A DNA stretch of 64,000 nucleotides, from contig NW_003314370.1 in assembly GCF_000143415.4 (NCBI RefSeq), forward strand, positions 1 to 64,000, read 5' to 3'. The stretch's first letter is position 1. Each line of letters opens with the position of its first letter. The translations under genes were made by a program, and so were the position numbers. Under the pieces are notes generated by a model. It saw only the letters and a program-made list of their open reading frames with translations. It was not told the origin of the DNA and did not search any database. The DNA comes from Selaginella moellendorffii (lineage: Eukaryota > Plantae > Lycopodiophyta). This document shows positions 23,827 to 37,651 of this stretch, in pieces.

Positions 23827-26800
23827 GTATACTCTATTGAGGTAATATATTAATTATAGTACTATACTATATGGATCATTTATTTGAGACTAAATTTGGT
23901 CTATCCATTCTTGTATATAAACAAGGGTTGAAATCCCAATTAATATATTTATTCTCATATCCCAAGCACTCACATATGTGAATTGCCTTCACAAGCCTCA
24001 TAAAGCAAAAAAAGTGTTTGCTATTATATTTCAATTTAAACCCATATTAATGCCTTTCTTTATCATTGGTTTGATCAATTCAAGTTTCATTTCCTCAAAC
24101 TTTTGTATAATGTTTTTCAATAGACTAGTATAATAGTGGATAGATGTTTGTTTGGACCAATATTGTATTCTTGAGTCTCTTGGCTATTAATTATATGCTA
24201 TAAGCTTGTTTATGAAGCTTTAAAATATTTTTATTAAGCCTTGAGTAGAGTATTAAATAAAGGATGTAATACTTGAAAATGGAAATCCATAATAAATTCA
24301 AATAAATTAATGAATGATCTGGACAATTTAAACAATTTTTAATACAATTTTTCATATCTTGTTTTTGTGGGATCATGTATATAAAGAAAGAAAAAAGAAT
24401 TTATAAGAGTAATTGACTATTTAAAACAATAATCTCACCCTTACATAGAGTACGAAATTACAAGTAAGNNNNNNNNNNNNNNNNNNNNNNNNNNNNNNNN
24501 NNNNNNNNNNNNNNNNNNNNNNNNNNNNNNNNNNNNNNNNNNNNNNNNNNNNNNNNNNNNNNNNNNNNCCTTAAGGGCGTGACGCTGCTTAATAGATTTT
24601 ATAACGATTATATTTAATAATATTGAAATTTTTAACATACTATCAGATATTTATTATGAGAAATCTCGAAAATTATCCTTCTTGCAAAAAGAAAATGATA
24701 GATATTTCAAAAAAAAGTTATTGTTAATTAAGAATTTTTTAGAAGCTTTTAACACTAGTTAGTTCATACATAAGACATGTAAAAAGTTAGTACTTTTGTT
24801 ACTTATTTATTACCATTAGAATACATGTTAAAGGAGGTTTAAATCCTTTGGCATTTGGTGTAGTTAATGTGGAGAAGGATGCAAATGCCATAAAAATCTA
24901 TGACCTATCAAATTGTTTAAAGAAGAATGCATATTTTTTGCAATTTAAATACTTGTTTATCACATATATAGATAACATACTTTTAGGTTGCAAAGGCTTA
25001 GTTGGTTGTGAGGGCTAAGTTGGTGTTGATGGTGTATCATGAAAACAGTAAATTTTTATCTTGATGTGTCGGAAATAAAGGCACTTGGATCTGTAGTTCT
25101 ACTCTTTGAAATAAAAATCATTTATTAGTATTGAATAATAACCAATAAAGTCTTAGCATATATATGGTTTTAAGTTTTAGCATATATATGAAGTTAAATG
25201 TCCTTATATTTGAGTAGTATGAAAATAGGTGACGTCTTAAGAAGTATAAATTCATAAGATTACACACATCTTTCTTGAGAACTTTCACTCTCTTTACATC
25301 CTATCGCTTGGGTCTAGCCTAGCAAAAGTAAACTAAAATAACTTTAAGATATATTTTATCTAAACCAACTGTTCAAAGTAATATATAGTGCTCTCATGAA
25401 TTTTAAATTAAAGACCTTACATTTGGTAATAGACCAGCTTTATTGNNNNNNNNNNNNNNNNNNNNNNNNNNNNNNNNNNNNNNNNNNNNNNNNNNNNNNN
25501 NNNNNNNNNNNNNNNNNNNNNNNNNNNNNNNNNNNNNNNNNNNNNTGAATAATAATTCCTGGTATGTTGCAAATATTAATGTCAACTTACAGGCATTACT
25601 CATTGCACTTAACTATGCATGTGGGTAACATAAATACCAAAAACAAAGTTGCTACCTATCAAATTACTATAATAAACTAAAGAGAATAGCTTGAAAATGG
25701 TCTATTGAGGTTTATATATATATATATATATATATATTTTATTTATTTATTTATTTATTTATAAAGTTGGTCAAATTTAGTTTTGCTATGCTAAACCTAA
25801 GAGGTAGGCTTATAAAAAATTTGTAACTTTTAATTTCTATTTATAAAAGTATAAATTTGTAAGGAATTGTAATGGATTGTAAATAACCAAAGAGAATATA
25901 TGCTTTAGAATTTACTGTAATTAATGTGGAGGAGGATGCTGCCACAAAAAATTCAATATCTATCAAGTCATATGAAGAAATGCATCCATATTAAAAATAT
26001 TGGTGGAAGGAAGTGCTTTTCATTATAAAAAATGGCATGAAATTAATCATACATAACTCACAAATATGATAAAAACTTTTTGAGCTAGTTTTGAGTTGAT
26101 TTTATGTAGATTTTGGAATGTTTTTGGTGAATGAGTCTCTAGAAATGGCCACAAAGAGGGACTGACACATGACAACTTTTGAGTCAATTTTAGTGAGATG
26201 AGAAATTTGAAGTATTTTTGAATAGATTTGATATTATTTTTAAGTTTATAAATTTTGATTTTATATATAGGAAATTTTTTATAAAACATCTTTGTAAGTT
26301 CAAAGCTTTGAAGAGTATTTTTGTGATTCCTTTAGCTTTTGGAGGTTAAAATATTCCCTATATTCATTTTAAAAATATCAATTAATAATTTTTAATATTT
26401 TTATAAATTGAATACTTTATCTATTTAATATTAATAATTTAGTTCTTAATTACATAGACTTCAATAAAACTTCCAAAATAAAACTTCTGAAACCAAAAAT
26501 AGTTTTATGAAGTAAAAGCATAAAAGTACACTAATAATAGTAGTAGATCACATTGACAATCCCTTTAAAACTAAATCTGATCCATCCATTTTTGTATATA
26601 AACAAGGGTTAAAACCTTAATTAATATACCTATTCCTATATCCCAAACACTCACATTGATAGAGATAAGGGGCATTGCAATTTTTCCTTAAAGGGCAAAA
26701 CTTTTTAATAATACTTTACTTAGTATTTAGGATTATGTTTTTGTTCTTATTCCATCATTATCTCTTAGATCTAGATTTATGTTAGTTTTTGCTAGATTAC

Positions 26801-26889
26801 CTATCAAATTTATTTGTTTATTCAATCTTTATTACATTTTTTTTTCTACTATACTACACCATCATTGATTAAGGAGTATGTCATTTGAG

Positions 26890-27430
26890 ATTGCCAATAC
26901 TACTCTGTTAAATCGAGCTTTTGGTGTTATGGGGTGTGATCATATTGGTGTTACAATTATCCTTGGTGTCTTGTTGTCGTCAACTTCTATTGGACGTGAT
27001 TACACAATATCTTTTATTCTTGGTATCTTGCCATCTCCCACTAATGTAGAGCATAATCATAACATCAATTAGGTTATGGATTATGATGTCTGGTTCATGG
27101 AGAATGTTATAGCGGACAATATATATAACCTCAAGTGGACTCTTGATATTGATGAAGAATTCAATTGCTTCGGAGATAGGTATAAGGACAAATTAGAGAT
27201 TTTGCAAGGTGTCAATTTTTAAATTTGCCACATTATCCTTTTTCTTTACCTTTGGCTCCTTCTTGACATTTTTGTATATCCTGACTTAAGCTACCTCCTC
27301 ATATTTCTTTTCTTTCTTCATCATTTACAACATTTTCTTCTCCTAGCATATCAATCATTTATGACTCGTGTAATTTTTTTGTTTTTGTTTCATTAGCAAA
27401 GTCTTTTATCAGTTGAGTTGAGTGACTTTT
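26890..27430. repeat. Degenerate dispersed repeat, copy 2 (homologous to ~15720-16250)
   Basis: Colinear similarity to copy 1 in the same orientation. Confidence 0.65.
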
Positions 27431-28059
27431 ACTAGAGTTTTAGGTTGCATGTGTTTTCTAATTATGAATGCAACATAAAGTGTTTATTTACTATTACTAT
27501 TTAGGTTTGTTCTTTCAAGAGTGTGAAATTTTCTTTTGATTTTCCCATCTCAAGTGTTGAATTTGATGTTGAGGAGGTTGAAGAATAAAATAAAATGATG
27601 GACATCTATGATAATGATATGTAATATTTAAAAATAGATGATTTTATTTTATTTTTGCTTTTGAATAATTTAGTGTTGATTGTATAGAAATAAGCTTTTT
27701 GAAATTTTCAAAATACTAATGAGCTATATAAGTGCTTAATTCTAAATTTTTAAAAATATGCAATTTAAAAATTTAAAATAAACCACTTTTTAAATTTATC
27801 TTAAGATCTGGATATTTTAAACATAATATTTATAAAAAAAAATTTTAAAATTCATTTAATATTTGAGATATATCTGAGATATGAAGAATTATTTTAATGG
27901 CTTTAGTGGATATGCCAGAAATTATTTTTATATTAAATTTTAAATAATATATATTTTAGTAGGTAAAATATATAAGTAAGTTAATATATTTTTAATATTA
28001 TATATTTAATATATAGTTTTATTGATTGTGTTTTATTGTTGTCTGTAGATAATAAATAA

Positions 28060-31000
28060 TGTAAACTTGAGAATTGTGGTAAACTTGGTAAATCAAGATC
28101 ACCAAAACTCATTCTCATATCCATACATTAGACTATCCACATTATATTAATGTGCCACTTAGTTGTATTTGCATGTTGTGTATATGGTTTATATATATAC
28201 CATATATAGGGACCTTACATTACTCCCCTATCAAGTATTATTGTTAGTAAAAGAGTTGAGCCTAAAAACTTTATGTCATATATTATGAATCCCATTGTTT
28301 ATCCACTCGGATCAATTGATATACTTGTGAACCAAGTTGAGTTTCCATTTTGTATGGGAAAACTCATCAAGGTAATAGATGGGGTGCATGACCTTATCTT
28401 AAGATCTGGATATTGATCTCCAAGACAAGGAAGCATCACCAATACTAAATCACTTTGTTGATATTGTGGTGGGGAGCTATGTGTGCCACACATTATAAGA
28501 ACATATTTTATACTCTTGTGCCCTTGCTAAAGATTATGAGAATTGTGCATATAATATATTGTATAAATTTTAATTAAAAATATTTTAGTATATTATGAAA
28601 AATATGGAGTGATCAACACATTAGAAGTTAAAATAGGCTTAATATGAAATCCAAAGAGGTAAAATAAGCTCTACTCAAATAATGTAATGGAGAAATGTAG
28701 TGGACTTGCATATAAGTAAATTACAAATACATTTACCATAAAATCCTAATTCAAATGCCTTCAATTAAGTCATTTTACCAAGCCATCCATCTTAGGATGA
28801 TAATCTGATGCAAAATATTATGTAATATTAAGCCACTACATCAACACCATAATAACTTCAAAGGTTATGCCATGACTTTGATTTCAAGGTATACATTTCA
28901 GATAAACATATTATAAAATTAGCATCTGTATAATGCAATTGAGTTTGTTGTCACATTAAGAATGGCAATCCACCAATACTAAATTAGGTAATTAGATGCA
29001 ACAATGATGTCTTGGTATCCATAATAAATTTTTGAAAATGCCTCATCAAATTGTATGTGATCAATTTGAACATATAGAAGACTTGAATTAGTTTTAACAA
29101 TCTAATAAAGGGCACTATGAAAATGTTGAAACACTAACACTCTCCATAAGTTTTGATGTACTAAAATATATCTTAGCACAACCAAGGCTAAAACAATTGA
29201 TTCCAAATTTTCTCCAAAACTTTATACTATCTTATGTGGCCTGAAGTGCAACCACTAATGGGTATAATATGTAATAACATTACTTTAATAAGAAAGAATG
29301 TTGCTTTTATTTATGAGGATTTAGAAGCTGGTGAGGAAAATGATCTGGGAGCTTATGCATACCACAAGTTCTATCATGAGTTAGCCCAAATATTGAATAC
29401 TATGAAGGAGAAGGAGAAAATCACAACTATGCTTTTTTCATCTTGTATGTAAACAATGAAAAAGTATTATATACTAATGTATCCTTGCATAATATACATA
29501 AAAAATTTATAATCATCATGAGACTAATTTGCATCTAAAACATCCCACAATTATCAAATCTCTACTTATTATTCTGAGTAACCACCACTTACTCATAACT
29601 AGGCAAGATATTCTTTAGCAACCATCTATATGGGCAATTATCAATAAGTTTTACACTTAAGAATCAATGTCACAGTTGCATGATCCATCTTAAGTAATAC
29701 ATTTAATTTATGAAGATACATATGAAACTTTGAAAGTACTCAAATATAAACTAAACATTCTTTATCTTTAGTTCAGTAAATGGCTAATATAAGTGATAGA
29801 ATTATGTAAACTCTTAAATTTAAACTTTCTAGAAGGTTATTTAGCCCAATACTATTCAAACCCAAGTATCCTAAAAATTTGAACCAATTAGAAAAAAAAG
29901 TGCACTTGTACCTTTCTCTTTATATTTGAACTCTAATAAATTATTTTTCAAGTTGTTCTCTTTGATTGCTTATAGACTACTACATAGAATAAAACTATAA
30001 GAAAAATTAAGATAACACAAAACCAATATGGAAGTCAAGAGTTTCTTAAGCTTATTTTTGAAACTAGAAAAATCTCATATCATGCTAAAGAAAGTTGAAG
30101 TAATCTGGGAAAACTTTACCACAAATCAAGCCAAATGAGTAGCCTTCCACAAGATTAATCTAGGTCTACAATATTTCAAGAAACAAGAAAGTCATCAATA
30201 GCATATACATACATCTTATCAAGATCTAATTGCACTCCATCACTTAAGATCACAAATCACAAGACTTATGCCCAAATTTACAATTAGAGCATTTGAGTAT
30301 AAGAAAATATTTTTCAAGCCACTAAAGCATTTATTCAACATGTTGTAGATGATCTTGCCATATGCTATTAGTGTGTATCAGTAAATCATCTAGATAGATC
30401 CTTTCAAACTTTTTAAATTTCATCTATTATCTATTAAAATATTATAGGTACCTATATTGCTCAAAAAGGCATTATATAAACTTGTATAAACCCTTTAGAG
30501 TTCAAAAAACTAACTTTGCCATATTAATAGAATCCATAGGTATTTGTAAATACATTAATGCTGAAGTATTCATTGTTCATAAAAGCATCTATCAAGTTAT
30601 CAAACAGGAGTTAACCACCATAATATCATTCAAAGAACTATAGTCAATTATAAAATGTATACTTAATCTCATTCAATTTAAAAAAAAGGTTGTAAGATAT
30701 GTGGTTTTCATCCTTTATCCTATGGTGATTTACCATTAAATAACCACGGAGCAGAATGTAAGCCTTAGCCATGTGGGCTAAGGGCAGTGGAGTAGAACTT
30801 GAGTGTCAAATAAACTATTGACAAAGCCAAATTCCTAAGCATACAATTAAAAACTGAAGGAATTGAAGCACAAAACTACTTTTAAATGTATAGCTCAAGG
30901 AGTGAAGGGAAGGCATGATAATGAGGGTGTAATACCGATCTTTTATTATCATGATAGTAAAAGAATAATATTTGAAAAGCCTTGCCAACAGATGCAATCA

Positions 31001-32100
31001 TGACCTAAGTCAAGCATCTCTATCATACACTTATTCATATGCTTCTTCTTTTAAGATTATCGACAAAGTCTTTCTTCACATCTAGAGTAGAAATACTATG
31101 TTGAGTATGCATTATAGACTTAGTCTGATTAATAGGACCAAATAGCTTTAAGAAATGAGTAAGAAACTTCTTTACATCTTGAGCCTGTTCTGTAGGAGAG
31201 GGAAGGAGGAAGATCTTCAATAATAGCCCTGGCAAACACAATGAGTAGCAACAAAGGAATGATGCCTTGGAATAGTGAGGAGGTTCTTCTCAAAGTCACA
31301 ATAAACCTTAATAGTATGTAGCCAATTAACACCCAAGGTGTTTCTACTGATCATAACTCTTTAGCCCAATTGTTATCTATGGCATATATGCCCTTGTAAC
31401 TTGGGGAGTATAAACACACTCTTCTATTACATGTGAGCCCAACCAAGTTTATGATATGATCTCACAAATCTAAGAACATGAGACCTCTTGTAATTTTAAA
31501 CTAGAGACCATGGAATGTTGGACCAAAAGAGATTGCAGAGATGCAATCCCCCAAGACCGTCACCTTAGTATCATGAATAACTCTAGAGAAGACAAATATA
31601 AATCGAGAAATAACAAGACACCTCATGTCATCCACAGACGGTTAAGAATAACAAAACACCTCCTATTATCTGTTCATGTTAGAGAAGGATGAGATATGTA
31701 TATAAACCCTCCAAGACTTTAGACACATCCATTAGTTTTCCAAATGATTTACAAGAAGTATTTTAGCATCACTATTGTTGTTTTGAGAGACAACATCTTG
31801 ATGACCATTCTCACATTCCTGGCAATCATAACATTGTGTTGCAGTTTGCACTCCTCCCTATAAGAATGGCTCTACCACCCCTGATGATGCCATTTTGATT
31901 GCTCATAGTGTGCAAGAAACTTACGGCATTGTGCTTTTTTATTTTCCAATACTCTCTAGTGTACCTTCCTTGGCTGATTCTACAAATATTGATCCCACCT
32001 CAACTAGAATAGCTCGAGATTATAGTGGTTGTGGTGGTCATGGGGGTCCTGGATGTGGGCGTAAATGTGAGGCCAAGGTGGCTTGGATGTGGCCACATAA
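28060..32100 (-). mobile_element. Highly degenerate Ty3/gypsy relic related to the element at 18598-23247
   Basis: Minus-strand remnants in the same order: CYDC knuckle (~31825), DYSSLNDI (RT, ~30635), YHIIPISGCTSGH and IIVASNYL (integrase), PPQYQQSDLVLV and QLGSQVYQL (cf. PPAEYKVDDLVLV, QVGPQIYEV). PPT GATAGGGGAGTAA followed by TGTAAG at 28219; putative ~160-bp LTR 28060-28219. Confidence 0.75.
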
Positions 32101-32524
32101 TCAAAAGAGAAAAGAAAAATGGGAAAAAGAAGAATTAAACTTACTTGTTTTGCTGGTGTTTCAGCTTGGATGGATGACGTCTGCCAAGGAAGCTACTTTG
32201 AGTTACAAAAGAGTTACCGATCGATCGGCGTAACTACTGGGCCGCATTCACTGTGTTGGTTGCCCGCCCCCACGTTTGGGTGGTCACTGGTAAGGTTTTT
32301 TACCAGCGGGTACTTAATTATTGCGACCGACACTGCATTTGGACATGTGTATTAGGTCCATTATACGAAGAAAATCAAATCAAACCAGTGTTGGATAATG
32401 AGGCTTCATCCCAAATACCAAAACCAATTACTTATGAACATATTACGTATGTATTGCATCTCAGAAGCCATGAAAATTTACTATAGTGGTACTGACGGGG
32501 TACGCCATCCAAACAAAGCAGAAT

Positions 32525-33720
32525 CTCAAGCTAGTTCTCCCAGCCGCCGGGCCATCTTCTGCTCCAAATGATCCAGTAACAATTTTCTCAAGAGCAAGTT
32601 CCTATACATCCCACTGTTAGTGGGGAAGTTTTGGAAACTCGTAGATTAAGCCCAAACATATGGCAGTCAGCTTCAAGACCTGGTGGTAAAAGCTATATGA
32701 GATGCTGATGCAGCTCGTTCTCAAAACCGCTCTGCCGCTGAATGAGACACTAACACAGCATCTTTAAAGAGATTTCTCTTGGCAAACCACACATCAATCT
32801 CACTTAAATATGCCAAAACAGGAAGTTTGTGCTATACCAGGGTTCCATTCAATATTTTTTATGGCTACTAGTACTTGACACACTGCCAACTCGACTCATG
32901 CCAAGATTTCCGGGTCAACCAAAATACGATCAATCTTCTCCTCAGTTTTCTCAGCGTGTTGGTGAAAGGTTTTAAGTGCGACGTGAGTGGCATTAAACGT
33001 AAGATCTCCCAAAACCGAGAGCGTGGGGGGCATTGCGATCGGTTGCAAGAAGAAGCAAATCTCTTTCTCGATCTGTGGATGGGTTCATGGAAAAAGGGCA
33101 GAAAAACCATAAACTCGTTTGCCCACTTGGACGGAACCGAGAGACTATCTATCCAAAGAGCCAGCCAGCTAGCAAAGGGTATATAAGCCATTAATAATTA
33201 TTCAAAACACTTGGAGGACATCTCTTCATGTACTCTCTTCAGAGGAAGCAGAGAGAAGATCATCCCATCAGCATAGTATTCCTAAAGAAAAGAATAAACA
33301 CTATAAAAGAAAAAGGGCGTACGTAAGAGACACATACGTAACTCCACCGACCAATGCATCAGTAGTGCAGCACAATCAGGTAGTTTCTGCAAGAGAGAAT
33401 GGATGAATGGATAAAAATCAGAAAACCCAAAATAATAAGAGAAAAAGATAGAAAAAAGAATATGTGTATGTGTATGTATAAATAACGACAGAGAGCGGAC
33501 AGAGCAGACAAGACCGATTGATTTGAAGGTGGTCGACTGAAGTGTGAAGTGTTTCTTGAGAGCTCTTTCCGTATGGCGTCGTTTTTTTCTTCCTTGTGGT
33601 CGCCATGCAAAGCCACTGCAGCATTCAAGTCGTTTTGACAAGGAAGGAATCGTTCGTTCGTCCATCCCTGCAGTGCGGGTTTATAAATTCTCGGCTGCGG
33701 CGACAGAGACAAACATGGCA
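32525..33720 (-). pseudogene. Probable decayed gene of unknown family
   Basis: Acceptor at ~33282 followed by protein-like helical stretches (EYYADGMIFSLLPLKR.., QIEKEICFFLQP..EEKIDRILVDPEILA*VELAV.., LLRKLLLDHLEQKMARRL) broken by stops and frameshifts. Family not recognised. Confidence 0.35.
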
Positions 33721-36478
33721 GCTACTATACGAGCTTCTTCCAAACACTGCGTCTGGTGTTGGGCTGCGTCTTGGGTTGTTTTATCGCGCTGGAGAGAGAT
33801 CTCGCAAGCTTTTGTAGTTGTCCTCCCCAGGAACACGGACGTCGAAGAAAAACCCTTTGCTGTTTTGGAGCCTTCCTCGAGCGATTCCGTGCGATATGTT
33901 GATAACTCAGTGGATCCTCCAATGGTTTTGGAATGCCCGCACTGAGGGAAGTTTAGACGGTGATTCGTGGTGCATCACGTAGCGACTTTGCTTAAGCACT
34001 GACGCAATTCTTTCTCAGTCGGAGCATCTGAGCGCCAAGCGGCCACGACACGAGACAAAACAAGCGTCCTGAGATTCTTGCAGATTCCTGCTCTTGCATG
34101 CATTATTCGTCTCCGAAGAAGCATTTATATTCGTTGCTTTTGTTGTTGGATTGAATGAGTTTCCTGAAGTTAGCTTGATGTTGCCACTGCTGAACATGAA
34201 ACAGGCCAGAAGATCCCTTTTTTACTAATAATTATGCTAATCTGAAATAGTAACAAAGCCTTTTGTTCTTTTCATTTTCTTCTTTTTCCTTCTTCCTACA
34301 CGCAAAAAACGCAGAGGACGAGCCACTCTCTTGATGATAGTTCACGTCTTTTCATAGTTATTATTTGGTACGGTCAGCGCAAAATCTCGTGCTTGAGACA
34401 CTTCAGTACTATTCTAAGGTTAAGGAAATAGGTGGGGTGTCTCAGACTCTCAGACCCTCAGGTAAAAAAACGCGGTAATTATGACTTCTCAAGTTACACT
34501 AACTTCAGTTCAGTGTGTACTTTTGCGAGATTTTCCATTAAGACAGACAGGAGCTCAAGCAAAGAAGCCATGATTTTTTCACCTTTTACGGAGAACGTGT
34601 GGTGTGGTGGATTGTGTTAAATGGGGAGGTGGGGAATATTTTGACCTGGTGGTATCTACGTAGTAGCCGCGATCAGTACAAAATCTATTCTGTATGTGCC
34701 ATGTTTCCATGCTAGATTTTTCCGTTCTCAGTCAAGCTGCTTAAGCGAAAGATAGATTCTTGCGTGTATGAATCCCCGGGAGACAATGTCCCCATCACCT
34801 TTGAGCTGTGAAACATTACTATTGGGTTACGTCTGGTCAGGATCAATCGTGGTTTGTTCGAGGCGTTTGGAAAAGTGAAAAGAACTGGATTTGTCTATAT
34901 CAAGCGCTGTCTCAGTGTTTGTTCAATCGAGCGTGTTCTCCCACCCGAGAAATCATGTCTATGATCTATCTTGGGGGCATATTTTATGCGCCTCTTTCGG
35001 TCGAGTAGAGCAGCAGCACGCAATGTAGTGGCCACTTGGTGGAAGTGTATAAAATTTGTGAACATCAGGCCAGTGTGGAAAGATTTCCAGGTGGATTGAC
35101 GGCGTGACGCAGATACCACTGTAGGGTAAATACAAGAACCCCTAAACAATTGCTCGGAGCCGTAAACAAATGTATACCTCTACTACAACCAACGCATGGT
35201 AAATAAACAACACGGCATACAAACACATGACCAGCAGATCACATCTGCGAGTTGTATATATATTATGATCAAAATCTGTAAACTACTGCTATCAGCCCAT
35301 AGGAAAGGTGGTCATTGGTGGGCATTTGACTGCCTTTTACAAAAGCAGCAAAATCGATCACTTTGACAAACACGACATACATTCTTTTGGTTTAGGCTTT
35401 AAGAACTTTTTGATTAGAAAAAGATAAAACATTGCCAAAGCTTGCAAATTGACTGCTGCTGTCAAAGCAGAAAGGTGGCGGACTGTTACACGTCAGTAGC
35501 CACCGCCCTAATCAAATAAGTGAATGCATGGCCGAATATCCGTAGGAAATGCGGTTGTGTCGGCCGATCCCCAGACAAGCATTCGTCACCCCCACTAAAC
35601 TAATCCTATCTCCTTAATAACTGCCTAAATTTCTACTCTTTTTTCTTGGGCCGCGGCAGCAGCGGCCGCATAAAAAACGATAGAAAAAAGAAGAAAAAAG
35701 TCTATAGAAACCTCGATTGAAATTCCCGTAAGAATTGCGCAAGAGGACGAGGTGGAAGACCAGATCAAACCTGCGTCGCTCAACAATGCAATAATTTCGA
35801 TGGATCGACGCTCCATACCTTCGTTTGAAATCTTTAGAAATTAGCAGTTCAGGCACGAGTGTTTCTATTCTTTTTTCTTCCGGTATTTTTCTTTTGTCTC
35901 CCCTGAGTGATGGGCTGCAAGGAGTTCTCCTTCGATCGATCAATCCGGGGTGTGTTTGAATGGATCAAATCAATTGACGAGATTTTGGGGCCAATGTGGC
36001 AACCGCAGAGGCGACCGGGGAGTCCCATAGCTATGGTCGAAATAGTTATATAGCTGGGCGAGAGAGAAGGTCTCCAATTTGGCTCACTCTGTTTTTCCTT
36101 CTCTCTTTTTTCCACAATCTGGGTCTTCTCGAGCTTTCGCCTTCTGGGTCTTCGATTTCCACTCGACAGCGATCGCCCAGTTCTCGATCGATCATCAGCT
36201 TCCATCCAGTCAAAGCAATTACAAGCGAAAACGAGAGCTTTCTTATTCTTTTCTTCACTTAAAAAAGAGAGAAAGAAGAGAGAGTAGCAGCAGCAGCAGT
36301 AGCAGCGGCAGCGCGATTTGTGACAGTCCCATCCATCTCTCTCTGTCTGTCATCTCTTTTTCCCTGCCTTCTGATCCCTGAATCATCGACATTTTGTTTT
36401 TCCTTTCTTATGCGCCCGGCGCTTGATCGACAAACTTACTGTAATCTCCCCTGTTTTGTTTCGTTTCGTATCCCCCAC

Positions 36479-36513
<35 letters not shown>

Positions 36514-37445
36514 CCTCGCTGTAAGGTTTGCTCTAAAGAGGTGAGCAAAGGAGGAAACTTTCTCGTTTTTCCAGCAGCGCGTGTGTGGATAGTAGATTCG
36601 ATTTGTAGAGTGACAGGCTCACAGAGAGAGCTCAGCGCGGCTCACACTTGTTATCAAGAGGAGCGTTTGAGAAGCTTTCAAGAGTGTCTGTCGTGTGTGT
36701 GGAGGCAGCAGGGAGGGAGCATTTGAGGATCATCTGAGTGAGCAAAGCCAAAGCAAAGCAAGGGTTTTGTTTGTGTGGGAGTTTGCAAGGTCGCATTCGT
36801 GGAGCAGAGGCGAGCAGTGTGGCGCAGGGCGTAGCAGCAGCGAGGAAAATTAATGAACGAGCAAAGTGCAGCCGCAGGGACTTGGAATAGATAGACAAGT
36901 GACAACTTTGAGGAGTAGACTCTTTCTCACACACACACACACACAGAGCTTTTCTTTTCTTTTTCTTCTACTTCTTTTCTCTCTCGCCAGCGACACGACG
37001 AATTCCATCTCTTCTTTGTGATTTGATCATCGCCACCATCGAGGCATCGCGAGAGCTCTTGTCAAAGCAGTCTGTGAGTGAGAGACGTTCTTCAACTTCC
37101 TGGAGTGAGAGAAAGAGAAAGAAAGCTTCTTCCCGGGGGAGTATCCCTTCCTTCTTACCGCTTCCTGATCTCGCGATCTGCGTTGCTTTGGGGCGGCAGT
37201 AACAAAAGTACTTCCCTTTGCTCGCCATCAAGTTTCTCGTTTGCGGTACGAGTAACTGCTCGAGAAGAGATCAGCTGGAGAGAGAGCTTTTCGACGACCA
37301 AAGGAATTGAATTGCATTGAATTCAAGCAGGGAGGAATTCAGGCAAAAGGCACAGCATAGCAGCCAGGCCAGCAGCATTCTAGCAGTATATAGCAGCAGC
37401 AGAATCAGTGCTCTCTCACCTCCTAGCACAGCAACAGGCCCAGAG

Positions 37446-37454
37446 TTATAAATG
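37446..37454 (+). promoter_or_regulatory. Candidate TATA box of the first EPFL gene
   Basis: TTATAAAT about 30 bp upstream of a CT-rich leader and ~200 bp before the first in-frame ATG. Confidence 0.45.
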
Positions 37455-37651
37455 GTTTGCAGTTGGAAAGGCCAAGGTACAAGCTCCTCCTCCTCTTCTT
37501 CCTCCTCCTCTTCCACTCCCTCCTCCTGAGATCAGCAACCTGGTTGTAGGAATTCCCAGCATTTAAAGATCGTGGAGGAGTAGCGGAGAAGAGGGGGAGA
37601 TCATCACTTGTGCAAGTGATCATCATCACCTCCTCTGAAGGAGGCTTTGAC

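Noticed and set aside
23378-23853. Long YI/CV-repeat ORFs, one apparently fused to gag
   Set aside because: Translations of a dinucleotide microsatellite read through an N gap; the real gag start is ATG 23200.
34394-34445. ~50-nt hairpin TGAGACAC...GTGTCTCA as a miRNA precursor
   Set aside because: Stem short and bulged, not extended, and no match to conserved plant miRNAs that I recognise.
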